From an uncultured Pseudomonadota bacterium (GTDB lineage Bacteria > Myxococcota_A > Polyangia > Fen-1088), in assembly GCA_963723305.1 (NCBI GenBank), contig CAVRRT010000042.1, positions 2,911 to 66,910 on the forward strand: DNA of 64,000 bases. The letters are read 5' to 3'. The notes under the pieces were generated by a model. It saw only the letters and a program-made list of their open reading frames with translations. It was not told where the DNA came from and did not search any database. Shown one piece after another: positions 18,651 through 27,793 of the stretch. A program made the translations under genes and the position numbers. Position 1 is the first letter of the stretch. Every line of letters starts with the position of its first letter.

Positions 18651-19246
18651 GCGGTCAAGGGAAATTGGTCCTCTTTCGACGGGCCAACGCGGCCGTCGCG
18701 GAGATGTCCGACGAGGCGCTGTTGGCGGCCTGCGGGACAGGCGATCTCGCCGCGCTGGATGCGCTCTTCGAGCGATTCCATCTGCCGCTCTACCGCTTCA
18801 TCTCCCGGTTGCCGACCACGGACGACGGCGCGCGGGACGATCTCGTCCAGGCCACGTTCTTGGAGGTGCGGCGCAGCGCGGGTGGCTTTCGCGGCTCCTC
18901 GTCGGTGAAGACCTGGATCTTCGGCGTGGCTGCCAACCTGGCGCGCCACCAACTGCGCGGCGAGCGCCGGCGGCGTGCCAACCACGCCAGCTACGCCGAG
19001 CGCGTGGTGGCGCTTCCGGACAGGCCGGACGAGCAGGCCGAACGACGCCAGCTTCTGGCGCGAACGGCCGAGGTCGTGGCGTCGCTGCCTCACGATCTTC
19101 AGGTCACGTTCATCCTCTGCGACCTCGAGGAGATCCCGGGCGTGGAGGTTGCGCGGGCGCTTCGGATCCCGGAGGGAACCGTCTGGCGACGATTGCACGT
19201 CGCACGCAAGCGGATTCGGAGCGCCATCACGGGAGACGAGCCGTGA
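18647..19246 (+). CDS. ECF-type RNA polymerase sigma-70 family factor
   Basis: Region 2 (FERFHLPLYRFISRL...DDLVQATFLEV) and region 4 (LPHDLQVTFILCDLEEIPGVEVARALRIPEGTVWRRLHVARKRI). Confidence 0.85.
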   Translation: MSGQGKLVLFRRANAAVAEMSDEALLAACGTGDLAALDALFERFHLPLYRFISRLPTTDDGARDDLVQATFLEVRRSAGGFRGSSSVKTWIFGVAANLARHQLRGERRRRANHASYAERVVALPDRPDEQAERRQLLARTAEVVASLPHDLQVTFILCDLEEIPGVEVARALRIPEGTVWRRLHVARKRIRSAITGDEP

Positions 19247-20418
19247 CCGCCTCCGGTTGTCCGAGCGAGCTCGATCTGACGAGAGCCCTGCAAGGCGTCG
19301 CCGATCCGGTCATCGACGCCCACCTCCTGCGCTGTCCGAGCTGCCGCGCGATCCGCGACGGCTGGAGCGAGGTCATTCGGCTCGCCCGGGAGATTCCGGT
19401 CGACGTTCCCCCTCTGGCCCACCGGGAGGCGATGCGGACCTCGCTGCTCGCCGCCGCCGCGGGATCTCCGACGCCCGGTGCGCGGCGGCGACTGTCCGCG
19501 CTCGTTTGGGGCGGCGCCGTCGCCGTGGCGGCGTCGTGCGCGCTCTGGTTCGTGGCGCGAAAGCCAGTGCGCCCGGCGGCCCATAATCGCGCGTCGATCG
19601 TCGCGAGTGATGGTGCCGACTACAAGATCGTCGCGCCCCCGCCAACCGAGACGGTGTGGCTGCGGAGCGGCACGCTGGCCTTCGACGTCGCGCCTCTGCG
19701 CGCGAACGAGCGATTCAAGGTCATGACCGGCGACGGCGAGGTCGAAGTGCGGGGGACCTACTTCGAGGTCACCGCGACGGGTGACAAGCTGGCGGTCGTT
19801 CGGGTCACCCGCGGTCACGTCGAGGTGCGACCGCTCGATCGGCAGAGCGTGTTGCTCGGGCCGGGAGAGGTCTGGCGTGCGGAGCCACCCCGTTCGAGCG
19901 AGGCCGCGCGACCGACGGCGGCCATCCCCCAACCACTGCAGCGACCGCGTCACCGCCCGCAATGGGTGGCGCGAGCGGAGCGGCTGAGTCGAAGTGGTTC
20001 GTCGCCAGACGCCACCCAGCGATCTCCGTCCCCTCAAGAGGATCTCTATGACGATGCGTGGGATGCGATGCGATCGGGAGACTTCCCCAAGGCCGCGACC
20101 AAGTTCATGCACGTCGCGGAGGTCGCGCCCCGCGGTCCACTCGCCGACGAAGGGGCGTTCTGGCGCGGGGTTGCGCTGGCCCGCGCCGGTGAACGCCAGG
20201 AGGCGATCGCGGCATTTCGGCTGATGCTCGCCGGCTATCCGGGCTCGGCCCGTAACGGAGAAGCATCGGCGATGGTCGGATGGTTACTCATCGACGAGGA
20301 CCAGGCGGGGGCGGCGCAGTCGTTCCGCGCCGCGATCGGTGATTCCCGACCTTCGGTCCGCGACAGCGCCCGCCAGGGATTGAATCTCTTGAGCCACAAG
20401 GGAGCGACCGCCCGATAG
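19243..20418 (+). CDS. anti-sigma factor: zf-HC2 motif, TM helix, FecR domain, TPR-like C-terminus
   Basis: GTGA overlap with the sigma stop. HLLRCPSCRAIRDGW, TM ALVWGGAVAVAASCALWFVA, FecR-like WLRSGTLAFDV...VMTGDGEVEVRGTYFEV...VTRGHVEVRP, and TPR-like tail. Confidence 0.8.
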   Translation: MTASGCPSELDLTRALQGVADPVIDAHLLRCPSCRAIRDGWSEVIRLAREIPVDVPPLAHREAMRTSLLAAAAGSPTPGARRRLSALVWGGAVAVAASCALWFVARKPVRPAAHNRASIVASDGADYKIVAPPPTETVWLRSGTLAFDVAPLRANERFKVMTGDGEVEVRGTYFEVTATGDKLAVVRVTRGHVEVRPLDRQSVLLGPGEVWRAEPPRSSEAARPTAAIPQPLQRPRHRPQWVARAERLSRSGSSPDATQRSPSPQEDLYDDAWDAMRSGDFPKAATKFMHVAEVAPRGPLADEGAFWRGVALARAGERQEAIAAFRLMLAGYPGSARNGEASAMVGWLLIDEDQAGAAQSFRAAIGDSRPSVRDSARQGLNLLSHKGATAR

Positions 20419-20461
20419 TTCTGGCGTTGCCGCCGTCGAGCGCGAAAGGGTCGACGAGCCG

Positions 20462-21304
20462 TTACGGAACTTCTTCTACGCAGGTCAATATGCCGGCCGA
20501 GGGGCCCTGGCAGATGTGCAACTGCGAGCACAATGAGGATGCGCACGCGCAGGTGACCGTGCTACCACACGCCGCCGGAATGAGCATACAGCTGTACGCA
20601 AGATCCTGTGTGCAACGGTTTTCGGAGCCGGTGGCGTGGGTTCCCGACGGACAGACGCCCGCGTCGCTCGCGGCGATGATCGCGCCGCCCTCGGTGCCGC
20701 TCGCAACGCAGACGGAGCCGGAGCCGCAGGCGGGAATACAGGTCATGCTTCCACCGCTCCCGCCGTTCCCGCCGCTGCCGGTCGCACCTCCGGCGCCCGC
20801 GCCGCCGTCATGCACGCGCAGCGTGCTCGAAGAGCAGACGCCGCCGCCGCCATCGCCCACGAGGCACATGTCGTTGCTCGGTTGCAGGCACGCGATGGCC
20901 GGGCAAAGAACGTCCACGTTGTTGCAGCCGGCCTGCTCCCAAAGCGATTTGATCGCGTTCAGTGCGGTTGCGTCGTTCACGTAGGTCATACAGTTGACGA
21001 AACATGGAGAAGAGAGGGAGGAGCTGACCAGCTGCAGACACTGCCCGGTGGCGTCGGTGTCGCACGCCTGAGCGGCTGCCAGCGCATCGAGGTACTGAGC
21101 CTCGAGAACGCCGCAGGTGTCGAGTCCGGTGCCTCCCGCTCCGCTGCCACCGCCAGCACCACCCGGGGCTCCAGCGTGGCCACCCTTGCCGCCGGTTCCT
21201 GCACCACCGCCGTCGTGATTGTCGTTCGAGCTCAAGACCGACCCACACGCGTTCCCGAGGGCGAGGGCCAAAACAGCTACGAGGAACAAGAGCTGACTTC
21301 GCAT
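20462..21304 (-). CDS. secreted Cys-rich protein with Gly-rich linker
   Basis: Signal MRSQLLFLVAVLALALGNACGS, then GGGAGTGGKGGHAGAPGGAGGGSGAGGTG, a Cys-rich globular part and a second Gly linker. Confidence 0.65.
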   Translation of the reverse strand: MRSQLLFLVAVLALALGNACGSVLSSNDNHDGGGAGTGGKGGHAGAPGGAGGGSGAGGTGLDTCGVLEAQYLDALAAAQACDTDATGQCLQLVSSSLSSPCFVNCMTYVNDATALNAIKSLWEQAGCNNVDVLCPAIACLQPSNDMCLVGDGGGGVCSSSTLRVHDGGAGAGGATGSGGNGGSGGSMTCIPACGSGSVCVASGTEGGAIIAASDAGVCPSGTHATGSENRCTQDLAYSCMLIPAACGSTVTCACASSLCSQLHICQGPSAGILTCVEEVP

Positions 21305-21601
21305 ATCTCTGGCACGGAGCAACTTCCGGACCAGGACCGACCTCGTAGCACGCACGGCTATCGTGGTCGTGGGCCTCAAAAAACTGAGGCCAATCGTCGT
21401 CTGCCTCTTGATACCGAGTGTGCCTCCACGTCGCTGGGGCATCACCTAGGCACTGTCGACGGCGGCGCCGCCCGTACGCCCCGCGGGACCTGCCCACAGA
21501 AGTCTCTGTGTGTTGCGTCGGCACCACCGCTGTGGGGCCCTTCAGGTCGGGGCTGCACCGGTGAAGGGTAAAGCCGTGAGCGGCAACTACACCCCACAAT
21601 C

Positions 21602-22645
21602 GTGACCTACGATTCCGCCCTCGGCATATTTCTCGACCGCTGCCGCACCGACTTAGACGGCCTGGAGACCGCCGAGAGCTTTGTCGAGATTCTTTGCTGC
21701 CCGGCCTGCAAAGGCGATCTCCTGCCCGAGGGCGGCGGCGTTCTTCGTTGTGGCGACGCCCGGTGTGGACAATCGTATCCGATCGTCCGCGGTCGTCCCG
21801 TGCTCATCGCCGAGGATCGGTCGGTCTTTCACCACCGCGACTACCAGAGCGAGGCGCCGCCGCCCTGCAGCCCCGCAGGCGAAGGCGCGACCGCGGAGGG
21901 CGCCGGCGGAAAGGCCCGTCTGTGGCTGAGCCGGCTCCCCTCTCCGTCGGTGAATCTGTCTGCCGTGCGGTGCTTCGAGACAATGAAGCGTCTTCTGCTC
22001 GAGCGCACCGCGGCCCCCGTAGTATTGTTGGTCGGCGGCGGCATCCGGGGCAAAGGGATGAAGGCGCTCACTTGTGAACCGGCGATCCGTCTCATCAACG
22101 TCGATCCGTCGCCCGACTCGACGGCATCGATCTTCTGCGACGGGCACGACCTGCCGTTCCGGGACGGCAGCATCGATGCCGTGGTGGCGCAGGCCGTCCT
22201 CGAGCACGTCGCTGATCCCTGGCGCTGCGTCGAGGAGATTCACCGCGTGCTGAAACCGGACGGAATCGTCTACGCCGAGACGCCGTTCATGCAGCAGGTC
22301 CACCTGCATGGCTACGACTTCACCCGTTTCAGCCACATGGGGCACCGCCGTCTGTTCCGCCGTTTCGCGGAGTTGGATAGCGGCGCAGTGGCCGGGCCCG
22401 GAACCGCGCTCTCCTGGGCCTGGCGATACTTCCTGGGCTCCTGGACCCGCTCCCCCTGCCTCGCCAAGGTTCTGGCGCTCTTCGGGCGCATCACCGCCTT
22501 CGTCTTCGAGCTGACCGATCACATCTCCGGGCAGCGTCCGGGCGCGCTCGACGCGGCGTCATGCATCTTCTTTCTCGGCACCAAGTCGGAGGCCGTCGTC
22601 TCCGACCGCGAGCTGATCGCCGGCTACCGCGGCACCCAGCGGTAG
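21602..22645 (+). CDS. class I SAM-dependent methyltransferase (Methyltransf_11-like) with N-terminal Trm112-like zinc ribbon
   Basis: CCPACKGDL...LRCGDARCGQSYPIVRGRPVL, then VLLVGGG and LPFRDGSIDAVVAQAVLEHVADPWRCVEEIHRVLKPDGIVY. GTG start. Confidence 0.8.
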   Translation: MTYDSALGIFLDRCRTDLDGLETAESFVEILCCPACKGDLLPEGGGVLRCGDARCGQSYPIVRGRPVLIAEDRSVFHHRDYQSEAPPPCSPAGEGATAEGAGGKARLWLSRLPSPSVNLSAVRCFETMKRLLLERTAAPVVLLVGGGIRGKGMKALTCEPAIRLINVDPSPDSTASIFCDGHDLPFRDGSIDAVVAQAVLEHVADPWRCVEEIHRVLKPDGIVYAETPFMQQVHLHGYDFTRFSHMGHRRLFRRFAELDSGAVAGPGTALSWAWRYFLGSWTRSPCLAKVLALFGRITAFVFELTDHISGQRPGALDAASCIFFLGTKSEAVVSDRELIAGYRGTQR

Positions 22646-22919
22646 CGTCTCCGGCGATCGATTCGCTGCGAATGGCTGTGGGGCGCAAAAACTCCATCCG
22701 ACGCTTAAGCGACGCGCCGTCTGATGCCAAAAGCCGATCAGGGAAAACCGTCGACGAATCGCGGTCCTCGTGAGGGTGGAACAAGAGCATAGGAACGAGA
22801 TCGTGGGGCGCACAAGGCGATCCGTGGGGCGTGAGAAGGCGACGGGAGCCGGGACGCTGCCGCTGCCATTTCAGTTCCCTGCGGCGTGGGTGGGGTGGGG
22901 GGTCGGGCGCCGTCAGACG

Positions 22920-23243
22920 GACCAGATCGAGTACTTGAAAACGGTGAACCGCGCCTTGATGGAGCGGCGGGGAAAGAAACGGGTGCGGTTCACCGACGCC
23001 GAACCGCGGAAGCTGGCTGTTCCGGGCAAGAAGCTCGGTCGAAGGACAACGATCGCGACGCCGGACACGATCTTGCGGTGGTACCGGCAGGTCCTGGCCA
23101 AGAAGTACGACGGCAGCGCTCGTCGCGGGCCTGGGTGGCCGCCGACGGCGGCAGAGGTCGTGCGGCTCGTCGTCGAGATGGCGACGCGGAATACGGGTTG
23201 GGGCTACACGCGGTTGCAGGGCGCACTCAAGAACGTGGGGTAA
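22920..23243 (+). mobile_element. remnant of an rve-type integrase/transposase (family 1), N-terminal HTH part only
   Basis: [12 protein letters not shown]...[14 protein letters not shown]...[20 protein letters not shown]...[28 protein letters not shown] followed by a stop. The catalytic core is absent. Confidence 0.65.
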
Positions 23244-23352
23244 CCACTTGCATGACCACCTGAGCGAGACGGGGCGGGACGGCCCGACACTTCCTGTGAC
23301 GGTACCCCCGTGTCTCTACTCATTTCTCCGTCGGAGAAGAAAGGGCCGAACT

Positions 23353-23369
23353 CCTTGCCAAGGTGGACG
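23353..23369. repeat. 17-nt motif CCTTGCCAAGGTGGACG, copy 1
   Basis: Exact 17-mer also at 27232-27248 and 34006-34022. It contains the near-palindrome CCTTG-C-CAAGG. All three copies are non-coding and in the same orientation. Confidence 0.7.
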
Positions 23370-23427
23370 GGTTCGATTCTTCCGGTTCGCTCCGTTCCGC
23401 TCCGAGACACGGAATCGAAATTCAGGT

Positions 23428-23467
23428 CACCTGACAACAGGCTGACAACAGCCCTTCTTGTCAGGTG
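23428..23467. repeat. perfect 10-bp inverted repeat (hairpin) with internal direct repeat
   Basis: CACCTGACAA (23428-23437) and TTGTCAGGTG (23458-23467). CTGACAACAG occurs twice in tandem (23431-23440 and 23442-23451). Confidence 0.6.
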
Positions 23468-24214
23468 CGCTCCCGACAAGCGCGACGTTCGCCATTCAGT
23501 CGTTATCCGTCTCCCACATATTTGAAACCGAACGCGAGCGTACTCCCATTGGGGCCGCTCACGTAGATCGTGAGCCCCATGGACGTCGCCGTATAAGAGA
23601 AGCCATTCAGGCTCCAGATGTTGCTGGTGCCAACACAACCTGGCGAAAACTGGCCGAACTGATCGGGACCGGTCGATGGATAAGTACCCTGGGACATGAG
23701 ACCGACTGATCCTTCGCGATTCTTGCTACTTTGCTACCGCTTAGCGTGACGACGCTCCTTTTCGACGACCTCGTTCCGCGATTCCCCGTCGGAGATGACG
23801 AATCCTCGCGCTGTTTCGTGACGCTCGGGGTGCTTTCAATTTCCGATGGGGTCACCAGAAGGGACGGTGCCCGGGCCCCGGGATGGGTGCCCGCGAGCGG
23901 GGGAGGACCAGAATCGGTCTCTCGCCGTTACGGGACCGTCGCCGCGGAATGCCGACGTAGGCCGGGCTCGGTAGGTCGGAGAAGAATCCACTCACCGTGA
24001 CCTCGTACGTACCCGGGTAGACCACCGTCGAGAACGTCGCCGCGGTGTTCGTGCACCCCTGGAGGAAGGCGGTGAAGCTGTGGCCTTGCGTCGTCTCCGT
24101 CAGGATCACATCGCTTCGCGCGTATTGCGAGTAGATGCTGGCCGACGCCGCCGTTCCGCAGTTGCTCGAGTTGCTCACCGGGTTGAAGGTGATCGTCGCA
24201 CCCGTAAGTCACGT

Positions 24215-26953
24215 TCAAGGTCCGTTTTGATTTGCGACCGCGCAAACCTCGGGCGATCTCAGGATCCAATGGCCGTCGCGCGCGCGTTCGAGCGTCCCCG
24301 TCGCGATGACGGGCTGCCCCACGGCGGGAGCGTTGCAGCAGGTGCGTGAATCGTCGCCGACGCACTCCAGCTTCTCGAGCACCAGCTTGTCGTCGCTGCC
24401 TCCGATCACCACCGGTCGCGGTCCGTAATTGCAGCATTCGTTCGGGCCACACTGGACGCTCAGCGCGACCATCGAGGCGCTGGGCACGCCGCGCCAACCG
24501 CGGGCGCGAGTGACCGGGTTCAGGGTCAACGGCCCGCGGACGCTCACCTTGGTTCCCGCCAGCGCGTCGGCCTTCTCCGCCAGCTGCGTCCACGCTTCTC
24601 CTTTCATGCTCGGGGCACAGGCCGCGAGGGGTGGCGTCGCGCGTTCGCAGCCGAAGTGGATCCTGCACGAGGCGTCCCAAGCACCAGACGACGCGCCCGA
24701 CGGTGCGCCGGGAGACGGGCCCGATCGCGGCGGCTCATCGAAAACGGCCGCGCGCGACACCGGCGTTCTGTCCAGGACGACGTGCACGGGCAGGCTGGGG
24801 TTGTCGGCGGGCGAATAGCCTGCGCCCCAACAGACCGCGTCCGAACCAGAGATGCCGCACGCGCTGGCCTGATCTCCCGGGCTCACCGTGACGTCGCGGA
24901 CGTCGGTCGTGGGCGTGGGGATGGCGCCGCCGCAACGCACGTGCTTTTCGACCGTCGTACAGAAGCCCCGGGGCCCGATGCTGATCGTCCGGGGCGTCGC
25001 GATGCCGGCGACGGCGACCGGCTTCGCCGAGCAGGTGGCCTTCGGCGCGGCCACCGGGCCCGATCGCGTCGGCCACGCCTTGAGCAAGCTCGGGGGACAC
25101 GCGGCGGCCGTGCCGAACAGGCCGTCCCGGCTCGCGCCCCAGCAAGAGACGCCCTCCTTCCAGCTGACCGCGCAGGTGAACATGTCTCCCGCGACCAGGG
25201 ACGCGTACTCCGGCAGCGCGAACGGGATTCGACGTGCGCTCTTGCTGCACGCGACGGCCTGTCGATCCGAACCCCGACGACAGACGTCGGGCGGCCTGAA
25301 GCCGAGCTGTCCGCCGTCGCCCCGCCCCCAGCAGAAGGCCTGGTTGGATCCCCCGGCGATGCAGCCGTGCCAAGTTCCCAGCGCTGCGGCGTGACCGAAC
25401 GGCTGGACGTCCTTCTCTCCGTCGGCCAGCTGTCCGTAGCTGTCATCACCGAAGCAGCTCCAAACGTCGGCCATCGCCGAGCAGGTGAACGATCCGCCCA
25501 CGCCCAGCCGAACCAAGTTGCCCCACGCCCGTCGGTCCTGGTTCACGTCTGAAGGGCCCTGTCCGAGGACCTCCGCCGCTGACCAGCAGCGCGCCTCATC
25601 GTCCACCATGGCGCAGATCCGGTCCGGACCGGCGGCAAGAACGTTGCCCGCCAGCCAGGGGATCTCTCGCGCGGCGATCCGTGCCGGCGGGGCCGCCGTG
25701 CCGGCGCCGCTCCAGCACTGCCAGTGCGGCGCACCGCCTTCGGGATAGACCGCGCAGCCCCAGCCGTCGCCGACGATGATCCGCTCCACGGCGACCGGCA
25801 CGCGGGGCTGCGGTCCGATCCAGGTCGCCACCAGCTCGGGGCGCGGGGCCAACGGATGCGAATCGCGCCGCGCCCGCATGATGCGATCGCCCGCCGCGTC
25901 GGGCCAGTAGAGGAATCGACCGTCGGAGGCGAGGACCTGCGTGCGCTGTCCGGTCACCTGGTGCGCGCTCTGGTGGTAGTCCCGCTCGTCCGCGATCACC
26001 TCCGAAGAGGCGGGATAATCGACATCCAGCGCCGCTCGCTGGATTTTCCGACCGTTCGACCAATAGAGGCACGCTCCCTCGGCGAGCAGGTCGGTGACGC
26101 CGGCCGATCCGGTGAAGGCGTGGCGAACCGGCGGCGCGCCTCCGCCGACGGACACGCTCCAGATCGCCTGATCGTCGACGTAGTAGAGACGGCCGTCGAA
26201 GATTCGCATCCTCACGGGGGCCACCGGGCGATCGAGCTCGACGACGGTCTCCGGTGTCGAGCCCACCGCGAGCTTGCGGCGCATGATCGCCAGCTTCTTG
26301 TCCGGGGTTCGATAGCGGAAATAGACGAATGCTCCGTCGACGATGAAGTCGCCGGTGCCCGGAGGCGACCCGAGGAGCTCCGGCGGCGTGCTCCCATCGC
26401 GCGCGACTCGAAAGAGGCCGTCCCCCTTGCCGCGCAGGTAGGGCGGTCCATTGCGGAGGTAGTAGAGGTAATGCGCGTCGAGCTCGAAGGGGGGATGGGT
26501 GATCGAGAACCCCGTCGTCGCGGAGAGCTGGCCCGGCACCAGCACGCGCGTGGCGTGGGTCTTGAGATCGAACGACAGGATGTCGTCGTGGCTGTTGAGC
26601 GAGAACGCCTGACGCGCGTCCATCGGGCCGACGTCGGTGATCCCGGCGTGAAACGCGGAATCGACGTCGCTCACTTTCATTGTCCGGATGTCCAGTCGAT
26701 GAAGTCCCGCGCCGCCCCAGTAGAGACCCTCGCCGACGATGGTCAGGTCTTTCGGATCGGACACGCCGCTGGCGGCAACCTCGGGAACGCCCCCAAAGCA
26801 GGCACCGTGCAATGGATGGGCGGGCGACGCTTTGGCACGCGATGCATCCGCGCGCGGCTGATTCATCGAAGCGGGCTTCGCCAACGACGAGGCGGAGACC
26901 CACCAAACGACCGCCACCAGGGTCCCACCCGCGGACAGGAGTCGCCCCCACAT
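24215..26953 (-). CDS. large secreted protein: YWTD/DUF5050-like beta-propeller plus RCC1-like repeats plus C-terminal Cys-containing domain
   Basis: N-terminal anchor/signal MWGRLLSAGGTLVAVVWWVSASSLA. Six LY(W/Y)-type blades (LYWGG, LYYLRN, VYFRY, LYYVDD, LYWSNG, FLYWPD). RCC1-like CFGDDSYGQLADG, FCWGRGDGGQLGF, SCWGASRDGLFG and VCWGAGYSP. Confidence 0.8.
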   Translation of the reverse strand: MWGRLLSAGGTLVAVVWWVSASSLAKPASMNQPRADASRAKASPAHPLHGACFGGVPEVAASGVSDPKDLTIVGEGLYWGGAGLHRLDIRTMKVSDVDSAFHAGITDVGPMDARQAFSLNSHDDILSFDLKTHATRVLVPGQLSATTGFSITHPPFELDAHYLYYLRNGPPYLRGKGDGLFRVARDGSTPPELLGSPPGTGDFIVDGAFVYFRYRTPDKKLAIMRRKLAVGSTPETVVELDRPVAPVRMRIFDGRLYYVDDQAIWSVSVGGGAPPVRHAFTGSAGVTDLLAEGACLYWSNGRKIQRAALDVDYPASSEVIADERDYHQSAHQVTGQRTQVLASDGRFLYWPDAAGDRIMRARRDSHPLAPRPELVATWIGPQPRVPVAVERIIVGDGWGCAVYPEGGAPHWQCWSGAGTAAPPARIAAREIPWLAGNVLAAGPDRICAMVDDEARCWSAAEVLGQGPSDVNQDRRAWGNLVRLGVGGSFTCSAMADVWSCFGDDSYGQLADGEKDVQPFGHAAALGTWHGCIAGGSNQAFCWGRGDGGQLGFRPPDVCRRGSDRQAVACSKSARRIPFALPEYASLVAGDMFTCAVSWKEGVSCWGASRDGLFGTAAACPPSLLKAWPTRSGPVAAPKATCSAKPVAVAGIATPRTISIGPRGFCTTVEKHVRCGGAIPTPTTDVRDVTVSPGDQASACGISGSDAVCWGAGYSPADNPSLPVHVVLDRTPVSRAAVFDEPPRSGPSPGAPSGASSGAWDASCRIHFGCERATPPLAACAPSMKGEAWTQLAEKADALAGTKVSVRGPLTLNPVTRARGWRGVPSASMVALSVQCGPNECCNYGPRPVVIGGSDDKLVLEKLECVGDDSRTCCNAPAVGQPVIATGTLERARDGHWILRSPEVCAVANQNGP

Positions 26954-27231
26954 GAACCGGGATATTATCGAATCGTGCGTTCTGCGGAGCGGCGGAGGCG
27001 ATGGGGATTGGTGTTGTTGATCACCGCGGGTCTTTGGACGCCAGAGGCGGCAAGAGCTGCCGACAATCGGAGCGCGGTCCACGGCCGGGTCGTCGGCTTC
27101 GGGACGCACGAGCCTCTGGTACCACCGTCGATACCACCTGCCCGTAACGGCCTGGACGTCCAGGTTGCGATCCGGAGCGGTCAAGTCGCTGATTTCACTA
27201 GGCCGTTACGGGCAGAAACGCCTTTCCGTCG

Positions 27232-27248
27232 CCTTGCCAAGGTGGACG
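27232..27248. repeat. 17-nt motif CCTTGCCAAGGTGGACG, copy 2
   Basis: Exact copy, about 280 nt upstream of the start of the minus-strand gene 24215-26953. Followed by two AATTTGGCC direct repeats. Confidence 0.7.
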
Positions 27249-27412
27249 GGCTTCGCAATTTGGCCGAGCGTTCGTGTTGGCTAATTTGGCCATCCGCCCG
27301 GAACGGGAGCAGTCACGCGGCCCTACGATAATCATGATGGAGCCGTGGCCGCTCGCGCAACATGCGTGCCTTCGTCGATCACATGATCGAAGTCCTATCG
27401 GAACGCGATCTC

Positions 27413-27493
27413 AAAAAAAACAGTGAAGGCGCGGGGAGTCGAAAGCTTCAAACAACCCCGACACATCGGGGGCTCGCACTGACTCCCCCGCGC
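27413..27493 (-). terminator. candidate intrinsic terminator (compound stem-loop plus T8) for the 29318->27506 operon
   Basis: On the minus strand, outer stem GCGCGGGGGAGTC/GACTCCCCGCGC encloses hairpin CCCCGA-TGTG-TCGGGG. After 8 nt comes TTTTTTTT (plus-strand A8 at 27413-27420), a rare run in this GC-rich DNA. Confidence 0.45.
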
Positions 27494-27505
27494 TTGCCGC
27501 GATTG

Positions 27506-27793
27506 TCATGAAGTCTGGCGGTTCGATTCTGGGACGGTGGGATCTGGTTGGGCACGGGGCTTCGCGGCGGGGCATTCGGGTGCGCCTATCGAGGAGGTCG
27601 AGTGCTGGCCCAATCCAGCGCCAGAAGCGAATCCCACGGTCAACGCATAGGCATAGCCGCCAGCGATGAGAAGTCCGGCCGACAGAAGAAGAGGAACGGA
27701 AGCCACTAACGCTAAGATATTTATGTCCTTCTCATGTGGGTCCGAGTCTCGGGACCTCGCCTGCCTCGGCACATGGGGCGTCCGCGAGGGCAT
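27506..27793 (-). CDS. small membrane protein (95 aa)
   Basis: Its ATG overlaps the stop of the upstream TPR gene by 1 nt (TGATG; shared base 27793). TM segment ILALVASVPLLLSAGLLIAGGYAYALTVGF. Confidence 0.5.
   Translation of the reverse strand: MPSRTPHVPRQARSRDSDPHEKDINILALVASVPLLLSAGLLIAGGYAYALTVGFASGAGLGQHSTSSIGAPECPAAKPRAQPDPTVPESNRQTS

Noticed and set aside
18562-19242. 5' extension of the 618-aa ORF in the anti-sigma frame
   Set aside because: It overlaps the ECF sigma gene in another frame and is Arg-rich. The anti-sigma most plausibly starts at GTG 19243, overlapping the sigma stop, right before its zf-HC2 motif.
23366-23385. GGGTTCGATTC T-loop-like sequence next to 17-mer copy 1 (possible tRNA fragment or att site)
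   Set aside because: The flanking bases do not form a T-stem or acceptor stem, and the other two 17-mer copies lack it.
25596-27331. ORFs 25596-26951 (-) and 25724-27331 (+) overlapping the YWTD/RCC1 gene
   Set aside because: These are wrong-frame or antisense products (Arg/Gly-rich). The 24215-26953 frame contains the repeated propeller signatures.
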